This document shows positions 36,606-50,650 of a stretch of 64,000 nucleotides of DNA, piece by piece. Position 1 is the stretch's first letter. The number at the start of each line of letters is the position of its first letter. The DNA lies in assembly GCF_037042905.1 (NCBI RefSeq), contig NW_026974140.1, positions 1,242,001-1,306,000 of the forward strand, in the 5' to 3' direction. Position numbers and translations under genes: made by a program. The DNA comes from Lytechinus pictus (taxonomy: Eukaryota). The notes beneath the pieces are model-generated. The model was not told the DNA's origin and did not search any database. It saw nothing but the letters and a program-made list of their open reading frames with translations.

Positions 36606-37470
36606 CAAGGGGGCCGGAAGCGGGGGGGGGGGGGGGGGGGGGGGCAGGGGGGGGGGGGCACTTGCCCCCCAAATAAAATTCTTGTTTTGCTTCCCAGCCA
36701 TACAAAATATGCAAAAGGAAACACATAAATCGGGAAATGTTTTAAACTTTAATGATTTTCAGAAAAGTTTGAAATTGTTAGACAATTAAGCTTGTCATAT
36801 TTCTTTTTCCTCCAGTTACAAAATATGAAACGTATTGCTCATGCATGGATAATCAGGGATTATCTCCAATGCTGATGTCAGAAATGATTTGCATAAAATG
36901 GGGATTTAAGTGCTTATCGACGTCTGCCACGTCAGAACAGTATGACATTTTGAATTTGAAAAGACATTCATTAGAATTTCTTTTGTTTCTGTTGTTACGC
37001 TTCTGCTTAATACGCTCCTTGTTCTGACAGGAATTACTTGAAACTTATATATGATTTTGCTCTCTCGCGTCGTCCGTGTATGTAAATGTACATAAATAAA
37101 TGTTTCTGAAAGGATATTGCATGAAAAATGTAATTTCTGGTATTTTGAGTCAATATAAGCGTAATACGTAATTTAATTGATCAGACATGAAAACCACATT
37201 CCGAAGCGATCGTTTTGCGCGTAGATTTCATAGGTTCTCATAAATTATGAGTATAGTCTTTCGTAGTGAATTCCATGTTTAATTCTCAAGAAATTTATTT
37301 TTTAATGCTCTTAGAAACGAAACTTTTATACTCCATTTTTACACAAAGTCCTTTCCGTGGGGGGCCACACCCTCTCCCGCTCGATCGCTTCGGTATCTCA
37401 TGCTCTCGAAAATATTGTGCCCCCTTCGGGAATTTGCCCCCCTAAAACTGAAAGTGTTCCGGCGCCCCTG
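36606..37470. mobile_element. hAT-like non-autonomous element
   Basis: CAAGGGGGCCGGAA...TTCCGGCGCCCCTG; perfect 8-bp TSD CATATACT. Confidence 0.85.
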
Positions 37471-37931
37471 CATATACTTATCATGAAACCTTATTTCTAA
37501 CTCTGAAACTTTCAAGACATTTCCTAGTCAAGATATGCTATCCCTGAACTTCACATTGATTTCTGGAATACTTTTTTTTTTCTCTAAAAATATCATAGGG
37601 TTAGTACACTTTCACCCTTTAAAATGAAATTCTGATTTTAATCAATCAGAAAAATATGTTAATTCCCAATGAGTCCTTGATACAGAACAAGCTACTGGGT
37701 TGGTGCATCTTTACACTTTCGTGAGTAGGGGAAGGCGGGGTAAGTTGTGACACTTTTTGCATTTAGCATGTTTGTGACCTATGAAAATAAACGATGTCAA
37801 ATGGCTCAACTTACCCCATCTGTGGGGTAAATGGTGCCACCTTCTGGGGTAAGCTGAGCCACAAACACTACATGTATGTACAAAATGTACATTTTATGCA
37901 GGAAGAACCAGCATGTCATTTTTTATCTTAA

Positions 37932-38867
37932 GGACGTTCCACAGTTATATTTGTGCGCATTATGATCTGCGCATAGTTTACACTCTGCGCGCTGACGTCA
38001 CAATGGAAGAACAGGTGATTAATTAGCTGCGGGTATGAGCTGATTTTTCTCATCTTCTGCACTTTAACTGCGGATCTGATGCGTTATTTCATGAAGCTAA
38101 AAAATTGAATTATTCCATGGACCATTCAAAAAAGTATTCTCTTCAATTTCAAAATACTTTACTCTGCAGTGCTGCCAAGAATCACGAATATTAGCCCGAG
38201 TTTGAATAAATGGTAGAGTGGTTTTGATTTTTTCTTCACATAGATACTAAGCATTCGGCCCATTTTTGGTGTTTTAAAAAGCACATTTGCTCTAATAAAA
38301 ATGCTGATAGTTTAAAAACAAGCACATGAACCCCTATTTTTTAATGTTTGTACCTCTTAGGTATACCTTCCTCTACAACCCTGCAAATTTTGGTGAAAAT
38401 GACATGGATTTTGAATAAAGTGCAGCATTTATTGTACGTTTGTAGTTTGTTACTGAAATTTTACATTTTTTAGATTGGGATTTTGTTATCTTTTACGCCA
38501 TTTTTAAGAACTGACAGTGCTGTTTAACTTAAAATTGCAAACAAATAGCACTATTAATAGATTCTCCATTCTAACGATACAATTATTAACTCTCTTGCGA
38601 AATTTGATGACTTTTTCATGTATTTTGAATGAGTAATGGAGCTTTAAACTCATTGTAGTAATCTTGGGCGGTCTAAAAATGCCAAATTCTTTTGAATGCG
38701 CAATTCTTAAGAACATCAATTTGGGTGAACTTTGAAGCTCTATAGCAAAAAATCAAGCACATGGACCTATGTTAACTTTTGCATATTTCGAATATTAAGG
38801 TTCTAAAGTATCTATGTGCAAAGTTTGGTGAAAATGACATGGATTTCACTTTAACTGTGGAACGTCC
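37932..38867. mobile_element. Kolobok-like MITE
   Basis: TTAA TSD; 16-bp TIR GGACGTTCCACAGTTA. Confidence 0.85.
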
Positions 38868-39874
38868 TTAAGTCTTTTCACTTGCTAATTCTCTATAGAT
38901 ACCAACATCCTCTAAAAGTAAAAGAACTGTCATGTGAATTTGATCCTTTCTGCCTGCATATCAATGGCTTTTTAAGGTTTTTTTTTTTTTTTTTTATACA
39001 TTACCACAAGAATTACCATGGCCCAACTTGCCCTGTGTTGGCTGGCTCAAATTACCCCAGTCCGAACTTAATGCGTTATTTTCACATCCACACATTTCTT
39101 ATGCATCCATCATGTAAAAGACTATTGGGGCGTTGCAAGAAAGTTATGTTGCAATTGATTGCAAATCGACTGCAACTTTGCAGCCGATTCCGATCGACTG
39201 CAACTAGCAATCAATCGCCAATTTGCGTTGCAAGAAAAAGGCTTGCGATTGAACGCAAGTTGCAGCTGATCTGCAGACGATTTGCAGCTGTAAACAGGGT
39301 CTGCAGCACAAGACTAGTCGAAAAAGCAAAATGATGGCTTGCAACAATCCTGTTTGTGGAAGAGAGTAAGTAGAAAATATTCATTTTTCAGACAATTCTT
39401 TCTCCATTATGTATGTTTTTAGAGAATTTATATATTTTAGACCTATGCCAGGGAAAAAATTATTTTGAAAAAAGTGAAACTGTATCTTTATCGCCGGTCG
39501 AAATTTCACCTTCAACAAATTTTCTACCGTACAATTTCAATCCCAGTCCCACACTTGACTTTTTGTGTCGGTAATGCACGGTTGTATCAACAACACGGCA
39601 GGTCATTGCCGGTGCAGTGCTGTTAAAAATCACCCAGAACAGAAGCAAGTAAATGTGTAGGCTCTAATTATGTATGAAACATCGAAAGTGACCTTCAAAG
39701 ATTATTTTTGTTCCTATTTGAAATGATTTTTTAAGTTATATCGGTTTCAACGGAGAATAGCCATCCAGTAAATAAAAATTAAAGACTTCCATTACAAATT
39801 TACAGTCTAGACATTTCCAAAAAAAAAAAATTCCTCTCCATTTGTCTCTCTTTTTTTAAGAGTCTGTCTAACGT

Positions 39875-40301
39875 TACCTCGAGCGAAGTTCGTGCAGGCC
39901 CTACTCCACTTCACTACCGCTACACTACGCTCCACCTACCGAACTTCGAGACTGAACTCTATCTGATATTCCGAGTGACAAAGGTGGGATTTTATGGGGG
40001 AAAAATATAAAATTCATGCAACATCACGATCTTTAAAAACAATTAAAACTAATATTCTTACTTTACACCAAGTTTCACTTTTTCATGCTTCTATCAGTCT
40101 CAAAATTGGTGATTTAGAGCCAACATGAAGTTCCTTACACAAATAAATAATTTGCTGCCGTATCGCGCGTGCATGCAATGTTTTGAAATCGGCAGTGAAT
40201 TATTTATACGATAGAGTTCACGGTCTCGAAGTTCGGGTAGGTGGAGCGTAGTGTAGCGGTAGTGAAGTGGAGTGGAGCCTGCACAAACTTCGCTCGAGGT
40301 A
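39875..40301. mobile_element. MULE-like MITE
   Basis: ~90-bp TIRs starting TACCTCGAGCGAAGTT; 9-bp TSD GTCTAACGT / GTCTACCGT. Confidence 0.8.
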
Positions 40302-40785
40302 GTCTACCGTTAACCTCCCTTTTTATGACTTTCCTTGGCCTGGCCTGGGATAAAGTGAAAATTTTGCTGTTTCGACTTTGGTCTTTGGACTTGGAGGATT
40401 AAAAAAAAAATTATTTATTATTATTTTTTTTCTATTTGGGGGGGGGGGAGGTTCTCCAGACTCCGTACATCTCGCCAGACAAGAAAAAAAACAAAGGTAT
40501 AGGGGGTCTACATGTGTTGGGCTACTTTTCAGAATCTATTGGCCACATCTGCCACATTCTTGGGAAAGTTTTAACATTGAATAGGATGTTGCCTGCCCAG
40601 GCCAGGGCCCTTTTAAATTTCTTACGGGCAGATTGCACAAGAGGTTCTTTGCAAGGACAGTCTATTTGTGTCGTTGATTTGTAATGATGTGCCGTCACAT
40701 TTTTAATATCCATCTCATATAAATATAAAAAGATATACATGTAAATGCATTTTATTTTTTAGATTCAATATGTAGATCTACTATG

Positions 40786-41215
40786 CCGGGGGGGAGGTAC
40801 TTAGATTTGGTTTGGACAAAGGTGTGTGGCTGAAAGTTTGAAACCCGTACCCATATTTACAGGTCATTTTGGCTAAAAAGGTACCCATTATTAGGGATTC
40901 ATTACAGGGGCGGATCCAGGATTTCCAAAAAAGGGGGGGGGCACATTTTCGCCTGGAAAAACTTGACAAGCAAAAAAAAAGAAAAAAAGGTTATCACCCA
41001 AAATGTAAGGTCATTTTGTATTTGCACCTAAGACATTGGAGTAGAATATGGACCCATGTTTAAGGACATTATCTAAAAATTGGGCCATGCTTAGGGATTT
41101 TCCAGCATAAAACCATACGCCATGTTTAGGGATTTCTTCAAAAAAGGCGACCCATTCCTGCGGCATATCCCCATATGCCTTATCTCGTGAGTACCCCCCC
41201 CCCCCCCCCCCCGGG
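40786..41215. mobile_element. MITE with CCGGGG termini and 8-bp TSD
   Basis: CCGGGGGGGAGGTACT...AGTACCCC..CCGGG; perfect TSD CTACTATG. Confidence 0.8.
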
Positions 41216-44200
41216 CTACTATGTAGCTGACTCTTGATTTTTATGCAAGCACATGTAAATAGATGACAGACTTTTTTTTCACTTTAAATTGTTTAATGGA
41301 TGATTACAATGCTTTTCCAGGTGCTTTCAGTTAAAGGGTGTCTCATATGGTGCATCAGTATTAATATTGAATGCATAATCATGATTTTTTTTTACATCCT
41401 TTTACATCAAGCACAATACTTGGGGGGGGGGGGGGCATATGGTCCCCCTTGACATTTTTCAGAATAAATCTGCCACTCAAAATTTTATTACCGCACCACT
41501 GACTGACGTTTTACTTTCAAGTCTCACACAACTTTTGGTACTAAATTTGCCATTCCCAGGTACAGGGTCAGGAAATTTTGCAACATTATGTTTGTTTAAG
41601 TACATGTCAGACAAAAACATGATTACATGTAAAAAGTCAATATTCATAACTGGGTAATTTGTTTTTTATTGACAATAGTAATTTACTGTCACTGATGAAC
41701 TTTGTCTTGAAAATAATAATAATTAAAAAAAAAATCAAGAAGTTAAGAAAGAAAGAAAAAAAAAAAAAAAACATGAATTGAAAGGAATTTATTTTGATAC
41801 CAGATTTTTTAAAGTAAAGTTGTTAGGATTGCTCTAGAAAGGAATATGTACACCAAAGTTTGGCATTCTATTACGAGCTTTTTTTAGTAAATTAAAGCAA
41901 AAGGTATGATTTCATAATTTTTTTAATTGCGCCGCCCATGGCTGAGGAACCATAGTGCCCCTCCCCAGGCCAGAAGTGACTTTAATCAAAACACCCTTGG
42001 ACTACTATAATGATTAACACACTGGCAACTGAGCTTAACTTGTATATTAATTTAATGAATATGTTTTATCTCTTTGCTTTTTGATTTTAATTGCTTACTA
42101 CAGTTATGACAAAGAAGTCTGGAACCTCAGAACCACCATAACTGTGTCTGCTACAATGTGTGTTCTTGCAACCAGCTGATTGATTCATTTTATCAACTCT
42201 TGAATGGTAGGTTACATGTAAACTGTATTATTATTAATAATTCACCATGATGCGGATGGGGGTGAAATCTGTACACATTGACCCAAGGATAATGCAAAAT
42301 GAAAAAGGCTAACACAAATCTCTATCTTGACTGGACTTCTCAGCAATGAAGACATCCCATTGATGGGGGGGGGTGGTTGTGCTCATCCAAGGTGTACTGT
42401 ATGAAAGTGTGTATTTTGCTTTCATTGATTTAATTTATTGCATATTTTGATTTCCATGATTCTTTTATTTGGGGAAAAACAATAAGTTCACACTTTTTTA
42501 GATTACATCATGGCAAATTGCCAATTACTATGGTCTCAGGAGTAAGCCACTATCCCTCTATCATATCATCATTTGGGTGCAAACAACGCCCTTACCAGCA
42601 GACATAGGGGCATTTCTGCACCGATGGGTGCACAAAAATGGTTTGCTAAGGGCGTTCTTGCACTGAAAGGACAAAATTTGAACTAACCCAAGCTATGTAT
42701 AGTTATGGGCTTGCATTATTTCCCATATTATTTTTTTATGAACAGGTTGATTATCAGAACTGAATTCAGAGCTGCTCCTGTCTGTAGTAACATCATTATA
42801 AGAGTGGACTACAGAATGAGGGCGTTGCTTGTTTAAAAACTTCACTCCATGGAGCTCTCCAAATTCATCGCAAATTAGACTGCTTCTGGAAACCAGATTT
42901 GTTCCTTCAAGCAGAGATGCTTGTGGCTTTCCTGACTGGACTTCTATGGATTCTTCATGCCAACCTTAAGAACTGTGGTCTTCTACATGATACACATCAA
43001 TTTCAAACAAGACATTCTGTGGTGAAACACTTGATGCAGATGAAATGAAATTTTATTACTGAATCTCAGAAGTGATTCCTTGGGAGCAAGAAATAATGAA
43101 AAATAAAAATAAAAGGTCCATCAATAATGAATGTCTTGAGCAGTGTTCTTTTTTGTGCACAGATCAATGGATCTTTTCAAGTCCAAGCAGGGATGTAGTC
43201 AATGCTGACCTCGAGGCATCATTTTGCTGGCCTTGGTCCGAGTCACTGTACAGAATCTATGGGAAGTTCTCTCAAGCTGCCTCATGACTCGGAAGAATCA
43301 GCCTCGACCTCATCCCTGTATGCAAGCGTGATATATATCTACGATGCAATCTCATGATTAAAGAGAGAGAAACAAGAGAGCTTCAGATTTTGAAGTGTAG
43401 CAATCTCCTGAAATGTATGTTTTATTTGAAAAACTTAATTGGGCATGTTATTCATTATGATATGTATGAATGAAAGCATTTAAGCAATTTAGTGCTCTTG
43501 CAAAACATATTCTGAGTTGTATTTACTGCAAACGCTCAGAAATATTGATAAGCATTTGCCAGTGCATGAAGTGTTTTAATAAAGAGTGGCTTTTGTGCCT
43601 ATGGAGAGTTATTATTTCTTCAACATTTCTTCATACAAATTATTTCAGAAATCACAATTTGAATATTCCATGACCTCTGATAACAAGAGCAGAATATTTT
43701 TGGTGATTGACACACTTTAAAATGATATTAGGAGAGAATGTACTGAAATTGTGTGAAAATAATGGCATAATTGCTGAAGAGGCCTATAAAGATTGAAAAT
43801 AACATTATTTCAAGTTTTTCTTGAAAAAAACCCATGGAAAATTGAAAATGGCATAATTTACACAAGTTTTCAAAACAAAATACAAAAAAAAAAATTTTGC
43901 AGAATTTTTAGTACACAAGCCTATGGACAATCAATTGAACGTAAATCGAACGCAAATTTTGCGCATCCTCCAAAATCTTACATAAGTTACGTTCGATTTG
44001 CAATCAATCGCAAAGCTTGCGCTTGATCTACGTTCAATTGATCAAACGCAACTTCTTCTTGCAACAGGATTGAACGTAACTTGCGTTCAATTGCAGATTT
44101 GCGTTTAATCGGAGGACTTACGCTCAATTTTGGGAGTTGCGTTCGATTTGCGTTCAATCGCAAGTTTCTTGCAACACCCCATATGACAAGAATGAAGATC

Positions 44201-45025
44201 CATACCTGAACTAACAATATTGTTCCTTTTTCTTTATTATATTTAAAGGAGAAATATATTGATTATGAATATGACCTTATTATATATCAGTGGAAAGGTC
44301 ATGGTGTGGGGATTATCATTTGGTCATTCAAAAATAACGAAAGTAATACAGAAGGTGGAAATCGCCAATTAAAAAGCGTTAAAATGCCTCTCCGAAATAC
44401 GCCTCCCATCGGTCTCTGAATTGACTCGAATTTTATGACGTGTATGAGTGTACGAGAGACGTGATTGGCTCTCCCACGTCAAGCTCCACTTGCATGCAAA
44501 ACCTGTTGCGAGGGTACGTTTCTTCCACACTGTCACTGAATACTTCGATCACGAAATGAAAGAAAACCCAGAAGTTTATCTAGATTTTGGATTTTCAAAT
44601 TGATGATTTTGAAGATGAAGAGAATGATGATGAAGTTTCTAGCTCTATAGTGACGTGGATGGAGGTAAATTAGGGGAATTACGTCTATGATGATGAGTCG
44701 GACAATTCAACTTGCATGCCGATTCGCTACCAACTCATGCAGCTGCTAGTGCTAGCTGCACGTAGGCCTACCGCGGGCCAAAATAAATCCATGAAAATTC
44801 CAGCCTGACCATCCATACAGAGTCTCTTCCCTCTGTCAAGGCTCTAAAGGAAAATAATGATATAACTCTGTACTTACAAACAAGTGAATATATCCGAATC
44901 TGAAGGCAAATCAACTCAACAAATAGCAGCAGACGATATTCACCGACGATAAACTTCACGCGCCGGGTTCACGTGGCTGGGATCAATTGTCACTCGTTCT
45001 GTTAGATACATGTATAATTTCTACC

Positions 45026-47196
45026 CATAGAGATATATACTAATAACGCTAGAGGGCGTACTTCGTCAAATCGCTGTGATTATGCGGAGACCGGCCGCCA
45101 TTACTCGATAGGTCTTCGCAGTCTGCCATGCGCATACAGTACCTATGGGGCATGTACAGTGATAGCAGAGAAACGGAACAAAATGATGACATATGAGCGC
45201 GAAAGCAAATTGAAAAGTTAAATAGTATTGAATGTACTGAATTAAAGTTTAGATTAACACAAAATCTAACAAAACTGAGGACAAAAATGCCTATATAGGA
45301 ATATCAAAAGCACATAATATACAGGCCAATGATACATCCCCAATGCTTTTGCTTAGGTCATATTAACCATTTCGATACATTAATATGACTTTTATTTTCT
45401 AATGATTTGGAAGGGATGAATATTAGAAATAATATGTAGGCCTATGCATAACCATGATGCTGATAATTTATTTCTTTATTTAAAAAAAAATAATTGTTTT
45501 AATTTATTTTCCATACACTATAGATCTACACATAGAAATCAGAATAGGGCATAACTCCTTTTTCCCATGGTTTTAAACGTCGATGTAACCGTCATCATAA
45601 TCTATAAAATGATTTTTTATTGATAATATTAAAATGATTTACTCATTGGTCCATTTAATTGATGAATCTATAAGTTTATGATTTAGATTTCCAATGTTGG
45701 CAACCATCCGATCACTTTGATTACTTTCTTACGTGCAAATCAATGTAAAAAAGTGTGTTGACAGCAAAATTTGCATTTTAATGCGCGCATGCATGCAGTC
45801 GTACAATTTTGCAATGTACAGGATCGAGGCCTAATGGGGGAAATTATGTTTACAGTATTGCCTTGCAAACATGATAAACAAATTACAATGCGTGTTTAAT
45901 GCAACATAAAAGATTTTCTGGAAAATCTAGACTTGATTCACCTCCCCCCCCCCCCAGCTGAAATAATATGCTGATCGGCAAACCGGCTGAAATATTCTGC
46001 TGACATATCCGCTGGTGTGTTTATGATCCTTTGATTGGACCAATAATATGTGAACAAATCAAGGATCAAATAATAATTAAGGAGAGGAAGAAGGAGGAGA
46101 GGAGAAGAAACAGAGCGGGGGTTGGATATTATAATTTGTATTATACTATACAAAGAATATTATTACTACAACTGAGTGTATAAAACCAACTGATAATAAT
46201 ATCCTGAAAGAGATACATCTATTGTGTAACGGGAGGCTCACCAAGAAAAAATAATGAGATGCCCTTTAAATATTCTATACTTGCATGCTAATAAAAGAGT
46301 AATCAAAGATCAAACACTAACTTATACAAATTATTGTACATTAAAAAAAACTAGTATACATTTCATACCAATTAAGGCAAGTTACATATAGGTCCTAGTT
46401 GGCCATTTATGCTCAAATTTATAGGCCTACTGTTTTAGGTTTTTTACGAGATAATAATGTTCATCTGTAAAATTGTGGGGCCTAGCTATCCGATTTATAT
46501 TACTTTGTATTATGTTTGAATGGAAATGAAATTTTAAAAATGAATTGAAGTGAAGTGAAGTGAAGTGAAATGAATGGAATTGAATTGAATTAAAATTACA
46601 AAATTATATCCTGGTCATAAACAAATTGGTCATGAGAACATGGAATCATTATGGATAATGAATTCTTGTGCCAATTAAAGGACGAGGGAAATCCAGAGAA
46701 GATGGACCAATTCACTGTCTTTTTAATTGATTGTAAAAAATTACTTTTAATGTTGTATGTTTTATTTTTTCTATTTATGTATGTGATATTATCAATATTG
46801 CTATCTATTATTATCTCTAATAGGCCTGTAAACGGACAGGCAATCATATATAATTTTATGCAAATTATTTAGGAGAATTTCATCCCGAGAATTCAGATAA
46901 AAAGACAAATTAATAGCATAATCCTATGTAATCACACTAATAGTTTATTGAGATGCAAAAATTGTCATTCATATTTTCAATTGTAATTAGGTTGGATTCT
47001 TTTCTTCAAGATAAAAGCCGGAGACAGCATCCCTTTTCCACAGCGTTACATCGTACGAGCTATGGGTACATCCAAGTACTTTGGCGAATCTAGACCTATC
47101 GAGCAATGGCCGACCACGCTCCGCGCAATCACAGACGTTAAGTACGCGCGCCTATGGCGACTCCGCACTCTAGCGTAATTAGTATACATCTCTATG
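45026..47196. mobile_element. P-element-like non-autonomous transposon (2.17 kb)
   Basis: ~28-bp TIR CATAGAGAT(A/G)TATACTAAT(A/T)ACGCTAGAG; perfect 8-bp TSD TTTCTACC (45018-25, 47197-204). No transposase ORF seen. Confidence 0.85.
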
Positions 47197-47900
47197 TTTC
47201 TACCTCATTATTTTGACAAAATTACGAAACTCTGGGAATTATTTATCTATATAAAAATATAGTGACACTTCGTACTATTTTTAAATTACGATAAAACCTT
47301 TTTTGAAGCAAAAAGTTGAGGTAAATTAGAATTAGATGTAAAAGATCATCCCCAACATGCGTAGCTCGTATGTGATTGTAAACAAACTTCACAAACACAC
47401 ATTGCTTGCTCGCCTTGGCTGACGTAGATGCACGTGTTGCACAGCTCTCAATCGGCATTTTGGATGGTTTCATGTTCGTAAGTTTCAAATGAATTTACAA
47501 ACAACTGGTGAGCCTTTCTTGTGCTTAATGATACATCCCTACATAGCTGACTAACATTTAAGAACATATTCCAGTTGCTCGTAAAGTTTTGCGTAACTTT
47601 ATTAACAGCTTTATGAAACAACCTTCTTCCTCTTCTTTTTTGTTCTTCCCCCGGTATTCAAGGATCAGCGGCCACCAGATTGCTATGTTATTAGAGCAGA
47701 AAAGAGGCAGTGCAAAATTTAATAACAATACTCTTCCTTGGCTCTCTAACGGAAATCTAAAAATTCTTTGAATTTATATGCTTGCCAAAAAATAATTATT
47801 TCAAATTCCCTGGCTATCAAGAATTTCCCAAGCAATATGAAACAAATGAGAAACACTATCTTCAGAGAACTAGTCAAATGGTTATCTCTATAAAGGATAT

Positions 47901-48037
47901 TGTCTGTCATCATCTTTATCATCATCGACTGGTTCTCGCTTGATTTTCTTTTCCTTCGCAGGTTTATCCCTCACATCTGATTCTCTTCTTGATGACTTTT
48001 CTTCTTTCATCATCTCTCTATCTCGATCCCTCTCATC
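47901..48037 (-). CDS. THOC2: THOC2-like exon (DERDRDREMMKEEKSS...IKREPVDDDKDDDR)
   Basis: TAG acceptor, phase 0 to 2, ends at the U12 donor ATATCCTT. Confidence 0.88.
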
Positions 48038-49572
48038 CTAAAAGATAACAAAAGTAGTCAATCAAGGTCAGTTGATATGTGTGATGATGAGGCACCACAA
48101 AATTCACAAAAGGCTGCAATGTGTGAATGTGAATAGAGGCTATCGAAAGTGGGTTTAATCCGGATGGGCAAATTTCAGCAGAGCTGCCAATATTGAAAAG
48201 ACAGAATCCAGTAGATTTTGTGAGGGAGCGGCGGAACGTTGTCCCACGGATGGGAGTTTTGGGTAGCAAAACACATTAAGAAACAACATTTGATAGTAAC
48301 TGACAGCTGTCTAAACCATCAAAAGATTTCTGATAGATTAATGCACATTAGAGAGAATTCATGAATTGTCATTGACTAAATATACACTTCAGGCAATACA
48401 GTAGATTTTTTAAATAATTCATAAAAGAATGCATTCAACATGAAAATACCTTTAATTGGCCAGAGGGGGAAGGGGCTGCAGTAGTGGTAAACATGGTAAA
48501 TGAGCTTTATATAAATTATGTGAACTGTTTAAAGTCTCTGAGGGATTCCTGTGAAAATTGTTACACAGTCCCATTCCGCTTGAAAATTATCTTTATACTT
48601 CGAAAAGTATTTTTTCGTCTTGGTCTTGGATGACTCCATCTTCATGATCTCCATGGTCACTGACGATGCGATTGTCATGATTGTAGTGTGGATGAATCGG
48701 GAAGGGGCGTTCTTCGCACAGCTCAGCCAGCCAGCGCCACGCTAGCTCACTCACGAAAGAGAAAATGTTCGAATCCGATCAACCAAAGTGAAAGTAGGCG
48801 AAAAAATCTCCACTTTGCTTCTGGTTCTTCAGGATTGTCAATAAAATTATTCCTGAAACTGAAAGTCAGGGTGTAAAAGTAATTCACTTGTTAATCCCAT
48901 CGTTGATCCAGTTTCAGCTCCAATAAAGCGCACACTAGCTTACGAAAAATGCCTCGCAGTGCTCGTGAACGAACTTCCCTTCTCGGAGCTTCCTGGCGCA
49001 GCGCGGCCGGCTGGAGCCGCGCCGGGGCGCATCGGGGGCCATGTGCATGGAGTACCGCTGAAGTGTTTTCATCACACACATTGCAGAACCCGGAAATAGA
49101 ATGGCTTGTTAGACTACTTCACCAGCCGTTCAGTAAAATTATCTTCATTTACATTGGAAATCAATGTACGATTATACAAAAACTGGTAAAAGTTACTGGG
49201 TAAAATGAAAATGTGATAAGGAGGTTCCACGTGGGTGTTAGGGAGTTGAACATGCTAGACTCGTAAAACAGTCGTTTGTATGAATTTTACAATTTAACAG
49301 CTAAAAATCCTGATTATCCGGGAGATTTTGGAATGGGGTCGGGAGAACAGAAAATTGGATCGCAATCCAGTATTCTCCCGCAGGATCCGGGAGACTTGGA
49401 AGCTCTGTTTCAGTATAAAAAAATTGGATCAGATTTCTTAACTCTATGGAACCCCCCCTTCTCGGGGTATGAGAGTATAGCAAAGTATTAAACTTTAATA
49501 TTACACTGTTAATACCGTTTCTGTATTTTCTGAAGCAGTATACCTTTTTTTCCTACATGTATTTACATTACA

Positions 49573-50650
49573 AACATGTGGAAGGCCTCTGGCAGTCTCA
49601 CCTGCATTGCGCAATTTGATAAAGCAACAGTGCTAACTTTGAAAACAGCTATTGAATAATTATTCACAAAACAAAACATTTAATAAAATACTTGTCCATT
49701 GACCCAAAATGGCATTTGACCATGATCATGTGACCTAAAACATGTGCAAAACAATAATTCATATTTGATAACCATGATTCATGAACTAGATCCATGAACT
49801 TTCTAAGTTATGATGCCGATTCAACAAATATCCCCAACAAGGCCAAAGTTCAATGACCTTAAATGGCCTTTGAACTTGGTCATTGGACCTGAAACACGCT
49901 CAGGATATTCAGGGATGCATGGTTGCTCTTATGTCCAAGTTTAATAAACTAGATCCCACAAATTCCCCCCCCCCCCCCCATTACCAAAGTTCACTGACCC
50001 TAAATGACCTTTGACCTTGGTCTTAATGTATATCCAAGTTTCATGAACTAAATTCATATTTGTACAGGGTTCATACTCTTTTTCATAAATTAGATTCCAT
50101 GACTTTTCATGACCTTTTTAGCAAGAATTCCATAACCTTTCCATGACTTTTACACCTTTTATTTACACGGTAGACTTTCCAGGTTTTCCATGACCCGTAC
50201 AAATCCTGTTTGTAAGTTATGATGACGATTACACAAATACCCCCATCATGGCCAAAGTTTGTTGACCCAAAGTGACCTTTGACCTTGGTTATGTGACCTG
50301 AAACTCAGGCAGTGATACACTATATGTTCAAGTTTCATGAACTAGGTTCATATACTTTCTAAGTTATGACAACATTTCAAAAACTTAACCTTGGTTAAGA
50401 TTTTGATATTGGTCTAAGTTCATTGCGACTAAATGACCTTTGACCTTAATCACGTGACCTGAAACTCAGGCAGAATGTTCAGTAATACTTGATAACCCTT
50501 ATGTCTAAGTTTCATGAACTAGGTCTATGTACTTTCTAAGTTCTGATGACATTTCAAAAAGTTCATCTTGGTTAAGTTTTCAATGTTGACGATGCCGCCG
50601 CAGTCGTAAAACAGCGCCTATAGTCTTGCTCAGCTGTGCAAGCAAGACAA
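49573..50650. mobile_element. Helentron-associated (HINE/Tsp-like) element with ~160-bp core repeats, degraded copy
   Basis: Same 5' GCCTCTGGCAGTCTCACCTGCAT, TGACCTTTGACCT core repeats and 3' end as 56076-57024. Confidence 0.7.

Larger units (their letters stand above)
39127..44180. mobile_element. PIF/Harbinger-like element with nested MITEs
   Basis: TIR GGGG(C/T)GTTGCAAGAAA; subterminal ATTGAACGCAA/CAATCGCAA repeats at both ends; TSD imperfect. Confidence 0.7.
36297..47900 (-). other. THOC2: U12-type (minor spliceosome) AT-AC intron, 11,604 bp
   Basis: 5' site ATATCCTTTA (47900-47891); branch site TCCTTAAC (36314-36307); 10 nt later ends ...GTAC (36297). Frame is preserved across the junction. 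Confidence 0.9.

Noticed and set aside
43209..43314. AG/GT-bounded block on the minus strand as an extra THOC2 exon
   Set aside because: Stops in all three frames, lies inside a transposon, and is incompatible with the AT-AC intron ends.
47888..47900. TAG after QYPL as the normal gene end
   Set aside because: It overlaps a perfect U12 donor with a matching branch site, acceptor and homologous last exon; kept only as a possible alternative isoform.
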